Shown here one piece after another: positions 20,399-31,800 of a stretch of 64,000 nucleotides of DNA. The notes beneath the pieces are model-generated. The model was not told the origin of the DNA. It did no database searches and worked only from the letters and a program-made list of their open reading frames with translations. The first letter of the stretch is position 1; each line of letters opens with the position of its first letter. A program made the position numbers and the translations under genes. Origin of the DNA: an uncultured Verrucomicrobiae bacterium (lineage in GTDB: Bacteria; Chlamydiota; Chlamydiia; Chlamydiales; Rhabdochlamydiaceae); the NCBI GenBank assembly GCA_963813135.1, contig CAWEXY010000011.1:1-64000 (forward strand), given 5' to 3'.

Positions 20399-21922
20399 TT
20401 AACCCATCTTTATATTTCGAACAAGAAGAGCCAGAGACAAAATACAAATTGTCAATATCCCCGCGTTGCCCCACCAGCTAAACAAAGTAAAATATTTATA
20501 TGTCGAAACATGGGCGACAAGCACTCCCGCCGACTGTTCCTTCAAAGAACCCGCAACCCTTCCCAAGCTGTCAACCGCCGCCGTAACCCCTGTGTTGCAT
20601 GCGCGGAGAAGCGGCACGCCGTTTTCAATCGCGCGGACTTTTCCATGATCAAAATGCTGCTGAGGCAAAAGCGTGCCAGGATACCAGCCATCGTTCGTAA
20701 GATTGATGAACAATTCAGCCCCTTTTTGCCGCGCATCTTGCATCACATGGCTAAAAGTTTCTTCATAACATATCGAGACGGCGAAGGGGACCTTGCCTTG
20801 AAATATTTTAGTTTCATGGCCGGGGGTAAAAAAGGAGGAAATGCCGTAAGACGCTGTTAAGCTTTTCAACCAGGAAAACGGGAGATATTCGGCCAAAGGC
20901 ATCAAAATTTGTTTATCATAGCGCGCCTCTAGTTCCGAGGCGGGGCACACATGAAAAGCTGAAGAATAAAATTGACTTCCTTCCTGGGCATCCAGACCTG
21001 CCACAACTTCGGCGGAAAAGTGATCGGCCAACTTATGCATCCAAAATAAATTAGAGACTTTGCCCGCAACCGCATGCGAGAAAGCGCCTAAATTTTTGTT
21101 AAAAATTTCCTCCACAACTTGGCCGCGATAAAGGGGGAGCTGAGCGACTAAAGGGACAGCATATTCAGGGAGCACGATGAGATCGAGCGGCTCTTTGATC
21201 GGTTTTAATACATTTAAGATACGCTCCCATTGCATGTAGGGCGAAACAAATTCCTCCAAACGGCCTTGTAAAGGAATTTTTTCAGACGGAAGAAGGCCCG
21301 TTTGAACCAGGGCGATGGAAAGCGTTGGGCTTTTTTCTAATTTAGGCCCGTGATACGCGATATGAAGCACGCCTATCAAATAGGGGACCGCAGTGAGAAC
21401 GCCCCAGGCATAATATTTTTTATTCCAAAAAGCGAGGTTGGTCAAAATAACCCAATAAGAGAGGCCTAAAATTCCGAACAAAGAGGCCATCTGCAAACTA
21501 TAGATCGAGGCCGTGAGGCTAAGGCCGACGGGATTCCACGTAAACCCGCTCAAAAGAAACAGGCGCATCCATTCAAAGATCGTCCACAAAGCCGCGATAG
21601 CCACATGGGGAATTTTGTCCACCCACAGAGTCAGAAGGCCAAATTGGGCTCCTAGCCCCAGAGCTAACGCCGCATAGACGCCCAAGATATATAACCCTTG
21701 AAACTCCGTCGAGGCCATCCAAGAAAGCTGGACCAGCTGCACACAAAAAAACCACAGGGAGGCAGCATAAAACCTATGCTTTCGCGCATTTAAGGGAACA
21801 AAGACTCTCCATGCCAGAGCATACCCTATCGATGCCGCGAAGAGGGCAGTCAAAGTGCCGAACGCCGGCTGCCCAAACGCAACCAGCAAAAAACTCGCAA
21901 TGATTAAAGATATCTTTTTCAT
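20399..21922 (-). CDS. lnt: Apolipoprotein N-acyltransferase
   Basis: N-terminal TM helices; nitrilase triad LPEY, YDKQILMPLAEY, ICYEE; RACNTG. Confidence 0.95.
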   Translation of the reverse strand: MKKISLIIASFLLVAFGQPAFGTLTALFAASIGYALAWRVFVPLNARKHRFYAASLWFFCVQLVQLSWMASTEFQGLYILGVYAALALGLGAQFGLLTLWVDKIPHVAIAALWTIFEWMRLFLLSGFTWNPVGLSLTASIYSLQMASLFGILGLSYWVILTNLAFWNKKYYAWGVLTAVPYLIGVLHIAYHGPKLEKSPTLSIALVQTGLLPSEKIPLQGRLEEFVSPYMQWERILNVLKPIKEPLDLIVLPEYAVPLVAQLPLYRGQVVEEIFNKNLGAFSHAVAGKVSNLFWMHKLADHFSAEVVAGLDAQEGSQFYSSAFHVCPASELEARYDKQILMPLAEYLPFSWLKSLTASYGISSFFTPGHETKIFQGKVPFAVSICYEETFSHVMQDARQKGAELFINLTNDGWYPGTLLPQQHFDHGKVRAIENGVPLLRACNTGVTAAVDSLGRVAGSLKEQSAGVLVAHVSTYKYFTLFSWWGNAGILTICILSLALLVRNIKMG

Positions 21923-22371
21923 TCCTTGGAAGGCTTACCCTTTTTTGCTCCGCCGGCGGCCAGGAGTAGAAATAAACCTCCTAAAATGCCGATATTTTTC
22001 AAAAACATCACCAACTGCATCTGAGCGTCCGCACCTGTGGCCATCCAGAAAGGATGCATGACGATCGTTGCCGGAATAAGAACCAAAAGGAGCAGTGTTG
22101 CGCCCGCCTTGAGGCGAACGCCGATAAAAAGAAGAAGCCCGCCCAGACCCTCAAAGATCGTGGCTATCAAAAGTAAAATGGGAACCAAGGGGAGCAAAAA
22201 CCCAAAAATATCTTGAACTTTGGGCATGGTCCCCGCGTACTGATGCCACTGCGCCATGCTGTTGGAAAAATATTGTTCCGTTTCTTCCCAATGTAAAATT
22301 TTATTTGCTGCTGCGAAAAGAAAGACTAAACTCAGTGAAACCCGACCCAGAAGCGACCAAAAAGCATTCAT
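21919..22371 (-). CDS. DoxX family membrane protein
   Basis: LLGRVSLSLVFL, HPFW, FLKNIGILGGL. Confidence 0.85.
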   Translation of the reverse strand: MNAFWSLLGRVSLSLVFLFAAANKILHWEETEQYFSNSMAQWHQYAGTMPKVQDIFGFLLPLVPILLLIATIFEGLGGLLLFIGVRLKAGATLLLLVLIPATIVMHPFWMATGADAQMQLVMFLKNIGILGGLFLLLAAGGAKKGKPSKE

Positions 22372-22429
22372 ATTTACCTCATTTCAAGAAAACATACCAA
22401 ACAAGGCTTTTCTAGGATATAATTCGTGC

Positions 22430-23494
22430 ATGAATTTTAGAGAACATCACCGTCAAAATATCTTGCAAGCCTTGCGAACGCACCAGGGCCCTCTTGATCT
22501 TTTTTTAAACACCTATTTTCGCGCCCATAAGGCGATTGGGTCCAAAGACCGCCGCTTTTTAAGCGATACGATCTACGAAGATGTAAGGTGGAAAGGGCTC
22601 ATCGACTATTTAGGCAAGCGGCCCTCCGATCTTCTCGCCGCCTCATATGATCCTTCCATTCCCGCGCACATCCGGGTCAGTTTTCCTCAAGAGCTTTTTA
22701 ACGCCCTCGGAACGGAAGCTGAGGCCCTTTGCCGCATCCTGAATGAGCGCGCGCCCACCGTTATCCGCGTCAACACCCTTAAAACGACCCGCGAGGCCCT
22801 TTTACAAGCATGGGCCGGGAGGTACAATTGCTCGCCCACCCTGCAATCTCCCTGGGGAATTATTTTTAAAGAACGGATCCACCTCCTCTCCCTTCCCGAA
22901 TTTCAGGAAGGCCTGTTCGAGATCCAAGATGAGGCCAGCCAGCTCGCCGCCGCCCTCGTTGAAGCTAAACCCAAAGACCATGTGCTCGACTATTGCGCCG
23001 GCAGCGGCGGCAAGACGCTCGCCTTTGCCCCCGCCTTGCAAAATCAGGGACAAATTTATTTGAACGACATCCGCCCTCATGCCCTGCAAAAAGCCCGCCT
23101 GCGCCTTAAACGCGCAGGAATCCACAATGCCCAATTCCAACTATCACCGAAGCTGAAAGGAAAGATGGACTGGGTCTTCGTCGATGCTCCTTGCAGCGGG
23201 ACCGGAACCCTGCGCCGCAACCCCGATCTCAAATGGAAATTCACCCTTGAAATGCTCGACCGCCTGATCTTAGAGCAGCGACAGATCTTCGCCGACGCCC
23301 TTTCCTATCTCGCACCCCATGGGACGATCATTTACGCCACCTGCAGTCTTCTCCACCAAGAAAATGAAAAGCAGATCGCCTTCTTTGAAGAAGCACACGG
23401 CCTCAAGTCACAAAAAATCTTTCGCTCCATCCCACAAAGTGGCGGCATGGACGGTTTTTTCGCCGCCACCCTCAAGTTAAAAAGAGAATTTTAA
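22430..23494 (+). CDS. RsmB/NOP (Fmu/Sun) class RNA m5C methyltransferase
   Basis: IQDEASQ, LDYCAGSGGKT, VDAPCSGTG, YATCS, DGFF; start ATG 22430. Confidence 0.9.
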   Translation: MNFREHHRQNILQALRTHQGPLDLFLNTYFRAHKAIGSKDRRFLSDTIYEDVRWKGLIDYLGKRPSDLLAASYDPSIPAHIRVSFPQELFNALGTEAEALCRILNERAPTVIRVNTLKTTREALLQAWAGRYNCSPTLQSPWGIIFKERIHLLSLPEFQEGLFEIQDEASQLAAALVEAKPKDHVLDYCAGSGGKTLAFAPALQNQGQIYLNDIRPHALQKARLRLKRAGIHNAQFQLSPKLKGKMDWVFVDAPCSGTGTLRRNPDLKWKFTLEMLDRLILEQRQIFADALSYLAPHGTIIYATCSLLHQENEKQIAFFEEAHGLKSQKIFRSIPQSGGMDGFFAATLKLKREF

Positions 23495-23538
23495 CGCAAA
23501 GGCGAAAAAAGTTCTTGGCGCCTTGGCGTTAAAATTCT
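23485..23538. repeat. REP-like palindromic repeat, copy 1
   Basis: AGAATTTTAACGC...GCGTTAAAATTCT arms shared with copies at 34673 and 37853; supplies the stop codon of the upstream gene. Confidence 0.85.
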
Positions 23539-23602
23539 TTTCCCCCCAAATCAAAAAAGAGAAGCATGGTGCAAAATCAAAAAATATGATAGTTTCTGCA
23601 CC

Positions 23603-24613
23603 ATGATGAAGTTCCTCTTTTCCCTACTATTTTGCACCTGTCTGCTAGCCAATAATCCCGATGGCGAAATCATCGTCAATAATCGCATTTTGGCGAAGGT
23701 CCAAGGAAAGTCGATCTCGGTTTTGGATGTCATGAAAAAAATGGACCTCTTCATCAGCGACCATTACCCTGAAATCCTCAACGCTCCTGCTGGTAAATTT
23801 CAATTTTATCAAGCTCAATGGAAACCCGTCTTAGACCAGCTGATCGACACCCAATTGATGATGGCCGATGCCGAAAATCGGGAACACAAGATCACCGTCA
23901 GCGATGGAGAACTTCGAGAAGAGGTTATGCTCCGCTTTGGGCCCAACGTCATGGGAACTTTAATAGACTCCATCTTTCCTACGACGAGGCTCGGAGCATG
24001 GTGCACGATGAGATGATCGTGCAGCGCATGCAATGGTTCCGCGTCTCTTCCAAAGCCCTTCAACGTGTGACAGCTCAAGACGTCAAGGACGCTTACGCCG
24101 AATTTTGCCGCGCTAATCCCCCCAAAGAAGAATGGAAATATCAAGTGCTGACCATCCGGGCGCCCACGGATGAACTCGGGAAGTCGGTTGCTGAGAGCGC
24201 ATTTTCCCTTCTGCGCGAGGTCAAAGAAGGGCTCGCCGCTGTCGCCGATGTCCTTAAAGAAAAGCATGTCACCGAAAACGACCTTGTGATCACCGTATCC
24301 TCTGAATACACAGTCGAAGACAAAAATCTCTCTCAAAATCTCAAAGACACGTTAAGCGTTCTAAAAGGAGGGAGAATTCACCCCCCCTCTCGCACAGCAA
24401 AGCAATGTCTATCGCCTTTACCATTTGAAAGAGCATAAAAAAACCGACACCCCAACCTTTCCAAAAATGGCCAACCGTCTCAAGGATTCTCTCTTAAATA
24501 AAGCAGCGGCCGAAGAGATGGAAAAATATATCTCCAAACTTCGAAAGCGGTTTGAGTATGAAACATCCCCCGCGGATATTCCCGCTGATTTCCAGCCCTT
24601 CTCGTTACAATGA
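23603..24613 (+). pseudogene. SurA N-terminal-domain periplasmic chaperone-like protein, two frameshifts (probable sequencing indels)
   Basis: Signal peptide; NRILAKVQGKSISVLDV, LDQLIDTQLMMADAE; frame changes near 23960 and 24368; directly upstream of rsmA. Confidence 0.7.
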
Positions 24614-25438
24614 GATATCAACCCTCCCACCTGCGCAAGCTCCTCGACGAGCTCGGCATACGCCCCTCTAAACGCCTCTCCCCAAAATTTTCTCATCGAT
24701 GGCAATATAGTGCGCAAGATCGTGCATTTCGCGGGCGTAAAAAAAGGAGATTCCGTCCTCGAAATCGGCCCTGGCCCAGGAGCCCTGACGGAAGAGCTCA
24801 TAAGTGCAGGGGCCCGCGTGACCGCAATAGAAAAAGATCCCCGCATGGTCCAACTGCTGGCCTCCTTGCCCGGCCTTACCATCGTTGAGACCGACATCTT
24901 AAGCTATGAGGTCCCCGCCGTTAAGCCAAAATGGAAAGTCGTGGCCAACCTTCCCTATCACATCACGACCCCCGTCCTTGCCCATCTTATCGAAAACCGC
25001 GATCGCATCGATTCGATCACCGTCATGGTGCAGCGCGAAGTCGCCGACCGCTTCCGCGCCAAGCCCAACACCAAAGACTACAGCTCATTTTCCGTTTTTT
25101 TGCAGTTCTACGCTGATGTGCACTTCGGTTTTGTCGTGTCCCCCACTTGCTTTTTCCCTGCGCCGAAAGTCCATTCTGCAGTCGTACGCTTAGACCTTCG
25201 CACGCCGCCCCCCGTAAGCTCTGAGAAAAAGTTCTTCGAACTTGTCAGGACCGCTTTTGGCAAACGCCGCAAAATGCTCCGGAGCAATCTAAAAGAAATT
25301 GCTGCGCCTCTCCTCATCGAAAATGCGTTAGAGAAACTGGGCTTAAGGCGCGATGCCAGGGCGGAAGATCTATCCGTGAGGGACTTTACGGCTCTTTTTC
25401 AAGAAATAGAAGAGAAGAATCGCGAAGTTAAGAGCTAA
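24610..25438 (+). pseudogene. rsmA: 16S rRNA dimethyladenosine transferase, one frameshift in a C-run near 24680
   Basis: PSKRLS(QNFLID) after shift; LEIGPGPGALT, VANLPYHIT, MVQREVA. Confidence 0.92.
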
Positions 25439-26623
25439 AATCGTCAGCAAGAGCCCTCTTCTATGCTCTGTGCATGTTTTTTGCACTTTGAACCAAAAAG
25501 TCTCATGCAGCGGCTGCGTCGCAAAAAGAGGAGCCGATTTCACCACAGCCCCTTTTTCATCGAGCAGCTGAAGTTCTCCCACCCGCTGGCCCGCCTCAAT
25601 GGGAAGCGCTACATTATTCCATAGGAGATGCGGCTTCACTAAGGGCTCCTCTGCAGGATAATAAGTCATTTTCAAATCGATATCGAGAGCGCCTTCCAAA
25701 TCCTTTGCCGCTCCGCGAATAGGAGTCGAAAAGTGGTCATGCTCCGCTGAAAAGTAGGTCCGCACCTGCGGTTTTTGGGCAAAGGCCGCCTCGAAGAGCC
25801 GGATCGCATCGCGATAACGGCTTGGGGCATCGGGGGCTCCTAAAACCACGGCGATGAGCGTCCGCCCCTCATGTTCCGCTGCTGCGACGAGCGTAAAGCC
25901 CGCGTGGGACGTATACCCCGTTTTAACCCCTATCGCTTTAGGATAAAAATGGGGACCAGAGCGCAGCAATTTATTCGACTGATGGAAAAAGGTCTCCGAT
26001 CTGGGTTTGGGATATTTGACCGTTCTGACCGCTTGGCGAAAAAAAGGATGCTTCAGGCCCTCCCGGGTGAGCATCGCCATATCATAGGCCGTCGTCCTGT
26101 GCTCGGGGTGGTGAAGGCCATGGGGGTTGCGGAAGTGGGTGTTTTTAATCCCCTTTGAGGCCATAAATGCATTCAGTTCGTCCATGAACCGTCCAAAATC
26201 CCCCGATACCTGATGCGCGATGACATTGGCCGCATCATCCCCCGAAGAGAGAAGAAGAGCATAAAGGAGGGTCCGCAGGGAAAATATTTCCCCCGCCCTG
26301 ATGCCCACGTTCGACCCGTCCGTTTCGATCAGGTGGGCGGGATATTTATCGTAGTCGGCGTGTTTGGCGGCCGGCGAGACCCGCGCGACGCACTGCCTTG
26401 TCGCAGCCACCTGCTCATCGAGCGCATGTCCTTTCTTCTCAAGGGCATAAAGCGCAGTTGCGATCTTGGTAATGCTCGCAGGATAGGCGACTGCATAGGG
26501 ATCTTTCCCATAGAGGACGGCCCCTGTCTCGGCATTGATCAATATCGCTGATTTGGATGAAATGTCTAAATGGAGCGGCTCAGCATTAAGGACTCCAAAA
26601 AGAAAAAGAAACAGCCACCTCAT
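25370..26623 (-). CDS. dacC: D-alanyl-D-alanine carboxypeptidase (PBP5/6 type)
   Basis: PASITK (SxxK), SGDDAA, NPHGL, KTG; C-terminal membrane anchor. Confidence 0.9.
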   Translation of the reverse strand: MRWLFLFLFGVLNAEPLHLDISSKSAILINAETGAVLYGKDPYAVAYPASITKIATALYALEKKGHALDEQVAATRQCVARVSPAAKHADYDKYPAHLIETDGSNVGIRAGEIFSLRTLLYALLLSSGDDAANVIAHQVSGDFGRFMDELNAFMASKGIKNTHFRNPHGLHHPEHRTTAYDMAMLTREGLKHPFFRQAVRTVKYPKPRSETFFHQSNKLLRSGPHFYPKAIGVKTGYTSHAGFTLVAAAEHEGRTLIAVVLGAPDAPSRYRDAIRLFEAAFAQKPQVRTYFSAEHDHFSTPIRGAAKDLEGALDIDLKMTYYPAEEPLVKPHLLWNNVALPIEAGQRVGELQLLDEKGAVVKSAPLFATQPLHETFWFKVQKTCTEHRRGLLLTILALNFAILLFYFLKKSRKVPHG

Positions 26624-26732
26624 CCCTTCAGTCTAGCGCATAGGGACTTATGCCTGCAAGGCACACCGTGTTTTAAAATTATTTCTTGATATTGTTGCCG
26701 CCAGCCTGTATTAATGGGGTTAGAGGCACTGC

Positions 26733-27167
26733 ATGATTCCACCGAATAAGCTTGAAGAAGCGTACGCTGAATTTTCTGAAAATCCACAAAAATGGATTCC
26801 TGACGGGGTTATCAACGTCAACCTCAATCTCTTGCAGGAACTCGGCCTGCTGAGCAATGAAGAGCTCGAGCAGAACAATTCCGACAATCTCATGCATTAT
26901 TTCCATGTGATTGAGACCCCCGACAAGGTGACGCTCTTCAATGACAAGTTCGGGATTTGGATCGTCCCCAAAGTAGAAGGAGAGAATCCCACCACCCTCA
27001 CCTTTATAGCGACCCTTCCGCAGGATAAGCCGCACTTGGAAATTGTTTTCGCGACTTCGGGCGTTTACAACACGCCGCGCTTCATTCTTAAAGTGTTACA
27101 ACATTTCCTGAACGAAGTGATCGATACCGAATCGATCATCTCCAATATCGACAAGCCTACCGGCTGA
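26733..27167 (+). CDS. Conserved chlamydial hypothetical protein (CT550-like)
   Basis: 144-aa ORF divergent from dacC, FHVIETPDKVTLFN motif; synteny from recall. Confidence 0.7.
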   Translation: MIPPNKLEEAYAEFSENPQKWIPDGVINVNLNLLQELGLLSNEELEQNNSDNLMHYFHVIETPDKVTLFNDKFGIWIVPKVEGENPTTLTFIATLPQDKPHLEIVFATSGVYNTPRFILKVLQHFLNEVIDTESIISNIDKPTG

Positions 27168-27326
27168 GATAGATCTTCAACGCAAAGTAAGATTCATTTT
27201 GATTTTACAAGCCACCATCATCTTACGCCAGATAGACAAATGACGATTTTGCGTAAGATGCCTCTGAAGCTTACCGCCATTTCCCCAAGCATAAAGTAGA
27301 GATAAAACATCTATTTCTGGAGACAT

Positions 27327-27935
27327 TTATTCTTTCGCATCTAGCTCTGCATGCCGGCTCGGAGGGACAGAGCCAATCGCATCCACGATCTTTCGGGCCA
27401 GATCGCGATAAAGCGGTGTGATCGCATCGTCTTGCGCCCCCTCCACAGAGTCGAGCTGCCCCATCGAAAAATTAAAGACGGAGGCTCTTTCTCCAGGCTT
27501 GGGAAAAAACGAGAGCTGGCGCAGGGAATTGACATCGGAATAATCGTAATCGGCCCATGCGACGACGGAGATGGGACCCAGGAGAACTTTTTCAGTGATC
27601 GCGTCGACGAGGGTCACATCGGCCGTGATCGTGCGGCGATTTTCGACAGCGATGAGGTTATGTTCGACTTTACCTGACTTGACCTTGCGGTCATGCCTCC
27701 AGCCGATGATATCGGTTCCATCGCCGGCAATGTTCACTTTTAAAATCCGGTCTCCGCTGCGGGATGTATAGTCGTACTGCCCGCTCGTTTCAAGCTCGCG
27801 AATGAGCTGGCCGGTGAGCAGCCCCTCAAAATCCCCTTTTACATAAGGCACTTCGACGGAAATTTTTTTATCATCATCGCTGAAATGATATCCGCAAGAG
27901 CAAAGGAGAATGAGGAGGCTAAGAAGACGTTTCAT
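27327..27935 (-). CDS. LptE-like LPS assembly lipoprotein
   Basis: Lipobox LCSC followed by GYHF; LARKIV C-terminal helix; adjacent to bamD. Confidence 0.75.
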   Translation of the reverse strand: MKRLLSLLILLCSCGYHFSDDDKKISVEVPYVKGDFEGLLTGQLIRELETSGQYDYTSRSGDRILKVNIAGDGTDIIGWRHDRKVKSGKVEHNLIAVENRRTITADVTLVDAITEKVLLGPISVVAWADYDYSDVNSLRQLSFFPKPGERASVFNFSMGQLDSVEGAQDDAITPLYRDLARKIVDAIGSVPPSRHAELDAKE

Positions 27936-28878
27936 GTTCTAAGGGGGGACGCAATTTCTTTAAACGAGCGCGCGACAGCTCGGCCGATTTAGAATTGGGA
28001 TATGTCTTAACGATTTTATGATAATAAAGAACGGCCGCATGCGGCTTTTTCGTGCGCTCAAAAAATTGGCCGATGTCGTAAAAGCTCTTGGCATAGACTT
28101 CTTGCATGTCAAAGAACATTTGCTCCACGGTGGCGACCCTGTCGTCGCTGGGGAAATCTTGCCGGAATTTACGCAAGTTGATCTCGGCGAGATCGATGAA
28201 ATCGGCATCAGGGTACTCTGACTTGCACTCCGTCAAATAGACTTTAGCGATCTGCACATAGGCATCGGGCGCCAGGGAATGTTTGCGAAAACGGCGGATA
28301 AGGGTTTGAAGCGTCTCGATCGAGGCGGTAAATTCCTCAGCTTCCAACTGGAGCATCGATTTTCCCAAAAGGGAACGCGCGGCTAAATCGTCGCTAGGAA
28401 GGGCCGAAATGACTTCGTCGTAAATTTTGATCGCATCTTCGTCAGCGGACATCCATTTAGGAAAAGCCGCAACTCCTGCTAAGTGGCGTTTGGCGCCTTG
28501 CCGAAAATTTTCAGCGATCTGGAATTTATATTCGATCGCGTCTCGAAAATATTTGAGGGCGGTCTGAACTTTGAGATACTCAGAAAAATGCTTATTGGCG
28601 AGGTCATAATCTTCGAGATGAAAATGCGCTACGCCTAGATGGAAAAGAGCATCTGTATGGAAAGGAGTCCCCTCAAAATTGACGACGACAATGTTAGCTT
28701 GGCGCAGGAGCTCTTGCCAATTTTTTTCTTCATGAGCTTTGATGGCGGCGGCATAATGGTCTTGGGCCGAGGAAGTGGCAACCTCTTCAGAAGCGATCAG
28801 CTTTCCTTGTTTCAAGACATAGGCTGCCGATAAAGGGTTTAACGAGAGGAGGGTGATAAAAAAAAGAATATAGCGCAT
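27919..28878 (-). CDS. bamD: Outer membrane assembly factor BamD-like TPR protein
   Basis: Signal peptide, TPR helices, IGQFFERTKKPHAAVLYY...YPNS. Confidence 0.75.
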   Translation of the reverse strand: MRYILFFITLLSLNPLSAAYVLKQGKLIASEEVATSSAQDHYAAAIKAHEEKNWQELLRQANIVVVNFEGTPFHTDALFHLGVAHFHLEDYDLANKHFSEYLKVQTALKYFRDAIEYKFQIAENFRQGAKRHLAGVAAFPKWMSADEDAIKIYDEVISALPSDDLAARSLLGKSMLQLEAEEFTASIETLQTLIRRFRKHSLAPDAYVQIAKVYLTECKSEYPDADFIDLAEINLRKFRQDFPSDDRVATVEQMFFDMQEVYAKSFYDIGQFFERTKKPHAAVLYYHKIVKTYPNSKSAELSRARLKKLRPPLEHETSS

Positions 28879-28879
28879 G

Positions 28880-31800
28880 TTACAATTCTACCACTGTGAA
28901 AGATTGAAAGGAAGGGACGCCCCGCAAAAATTGGGGGAGGTCCGGATGGAGCTCGACACCCCAGCTGGCTTCAATGGCCACAGTTCCAACCCTCTGATTC
29001 CCTGTCCAAAACTCAAGATCGATTCCCGTAGAACCCGAGTGGCCTCGAAAGATTTTTTTCATTTCTAAAAGATGGCTGAGGCGGACGCGGTCGGCGTCGA
29101 GTTTGATTTTTAGCCGGCGGGGGGGCTCTTTTTTTTTCTTCTTTTTTGCTAGCGCGGGCCATGCTTTTAAACTGGCTTTTCGAAGCCTCCAAGGCCGCGT
29201 TAGAAGCTTCGATGGCCGCCTCATCCACTGTCGAAAGATCGCCCAGCCATTTACAGGTTAGTTTGAAGTCCTCGTCTTGCTTTTCTACGTGCAGGACGGC
29301 CGCAAGAAGCTGATTTTCGACGAGCAGGGAAGCATGCTGCTCGAACATCTCGGGCCAAATGGGAAGTTCCAAGCGATCGCCCCCGTCGCTGATTTTGAGG
29401 ATCGCAAATTTTTTCTGCGACTTTGACGAAATCTTGGTGCTCACCTCTTCGACGATGAACGCCGTGCGGACGGTCATCGATTTATCGATGTCGCCAAGAG
29501 AAGTGCAAGACAGCTTTTGCAAGAGCGGCCTAAATCCATCGAGCGGATGGCCGGTGAGGTAAAAGCCGAGAAGCTCTTTTTCTCTGCGGAGCATTTGAAG
29601 GGGCGGCGCGGTCTCCTCGGAGATCACAAGGGCGGGCTCTTCTGCTGCAGCGGCAGAGGCGGATCCAAAAAGATCCATAATCCCTTTCGATGTTTCCTTC
29701 TGCTGTTTTACCGCGGCGTTGAACATCGGTTCGACGGAGAGCAAAAGGCTCGAACGGCTATTTTTGGTAAAGTCAAAACATCCAGCTTCGATCAAGACTT
29801 CGCAGACCTTTTTGCCGACTTTCTTTGTATCGATTCTTTTGCAAAAATCAAAGAAGGAAGCAAAAGGCCCTTTGGCCTTTCTTTCCGCTAAGAATCGCAT
29901 CGACGACTCCCTCGCCGATCCCTTTGATCGCCCCCATCGCAAAGCGGATGCCTTTGGCGGTCGCGACAAATTCTTTGTCCGATTCGTTCACATCGGGCGG
30001 CAGTATCGCGATGTCCATCGCACGGCACTCGGCAATGATTTTTGCGACCTTGGCCGTATCCCCCGATCGCACGTCATCAGCGCCGCCATCCATTCTTTGG
30101 GATAGTGGGCCTTCAAATAGGCCGTCACATACGCTAGATAACCATAAGCCGCGGCGTGGGATTTGTTGAATCCATAGGAAGCAAATCGTTCGATCTTATC
30201 GAAGATGGGCCCCGCTATTTTTTCTTCGATCCCTTTTTCTTTCGCGCCTCGTAAAAATTTCTCTCGCTGGCGGGCCATCTCGTCGCTGTCTTTTTTTCCC
30301 ATCGCGCGCCGGAGCACATCGCCTTCGCCCAGGGAATAATTCGCTAAGATGCTGGCGATCTGCATCACCTGCTCTTGGTAGACCATGATGCCATAGGTCT
30401 CAGCGAGAACATCTTTCATCAGGGGGTGGTCGATCTCGATGGGCTCGCGTCCATGTTTGCGGGCGATAAACGAGGGGATCATCTCCATCGGACCTGGCCG
30501 ATAAAGGGCACCGACGGCGATGACCTCTTCAAAACGGTCGATGTGAAGCTGCCTGGCAAGTTCTTGCATTCCTCCCGATTCCAGCTGGAAGATCCCGAGC
30601 ACCTTTCCCTTATTGAGAAGAGAAAATGTCGCTAAATCATCGAGCGGCAAATTCACCCAATCGATCTTTTGCCCTGTCGTTATCGCGATCGCATCGACCG
30701 ATTTTTGGATCGAGGTGAGCGTTTTAAGTCCCAAGAAGTCGATCTTGAGCATCCCGACCGCTTCAACCGGTTTCATGGAAAATTGGGTCGCCAGCATTTC
30801 GCTATCTTTGACGGTGCACACGGGTATGCGATCGGTGAGCGGATCTCCAGAAATAATGATCCCCGCCGCATGCGTGCCGGTGCTTCTGACAGACCTTCAA
30901 GCCGGCGGGCGATGTCGATGACCTCTTTCACTTCCGGGTCATTGGCGTATTGATTTTTTAATTCCTGATCGACCTCCAGCGCTTTATCGAGTGTGATGTT
31001 GAGCTCTTCAGGCACGAGTTTGGCTATCGCGTTAACTTTCGAGAGAGGAACGCTTAAGACACGTCCCACATCCTTGATCGCCATCTTCGCCTTCATCGTG
31101 CCAAAAGTGATGATCTGGGCTACTTTATCTTTCCCATATTTTTGCACCGTATAGTCCATGACCTCGGCACGCCTGTCCATGCAGATGTCGACGTCGATAT
31201 CGGGATAGGAAATACGCTCGGGATTGATGAACCGCTCGAAGAACAAATGGAACCGCAGGGGCTCGATATCTGTAATTCCAATCAAAAATAAAACGATCGA
31301 ACCGGCTCCCGATCCCCGGCCCGGCCCCATGGGAATTCCCCGATGCTTGGCCCAGGCGATGAAGTCGTAGACGATGAGAATGTAATCGCACATTCCCTTG
31401 GAGATAATGATATCTAACTCGTAGGCCAGCCTGTCCCGCACCACTTGGATGGGATCTTTACCCGGATATTTCTCCTCGACTTTCGCGAGACCTTCTTTCG
31501 TATATCGTTGGGCGATGCCTTCTTCGCAAAGCTTCCGCAGAAAATCCTCTTTGGTCATTTGATCGGGCGGAGTAAATACCGGATAATAGCGCGCCTTAAA
31601 ATCGAGTTGGAGGGAAATTTTTTCATTGATTTGCAGCGTCGTCTCTAAAGCCTCGGGAATATCGGCAAAGAGCGCCTCCATTTCTTGTGGAGAGCGGAAA
31701 TGCATCTGATGGGAGAAGAGAACTTGCCGTTTGGGATTGAGGACGCGATTTTTAGGATTGCCTTGCGAGTCCCTTTCCCAAATCTCGCACGGCTCGCCCG

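Noticed and set aside
25370..25438. 69-bp convergent overlap of rsmA and dacC
   Set aside because: Short tail-to-tail overlaps are common in compact genomes; no further signal.
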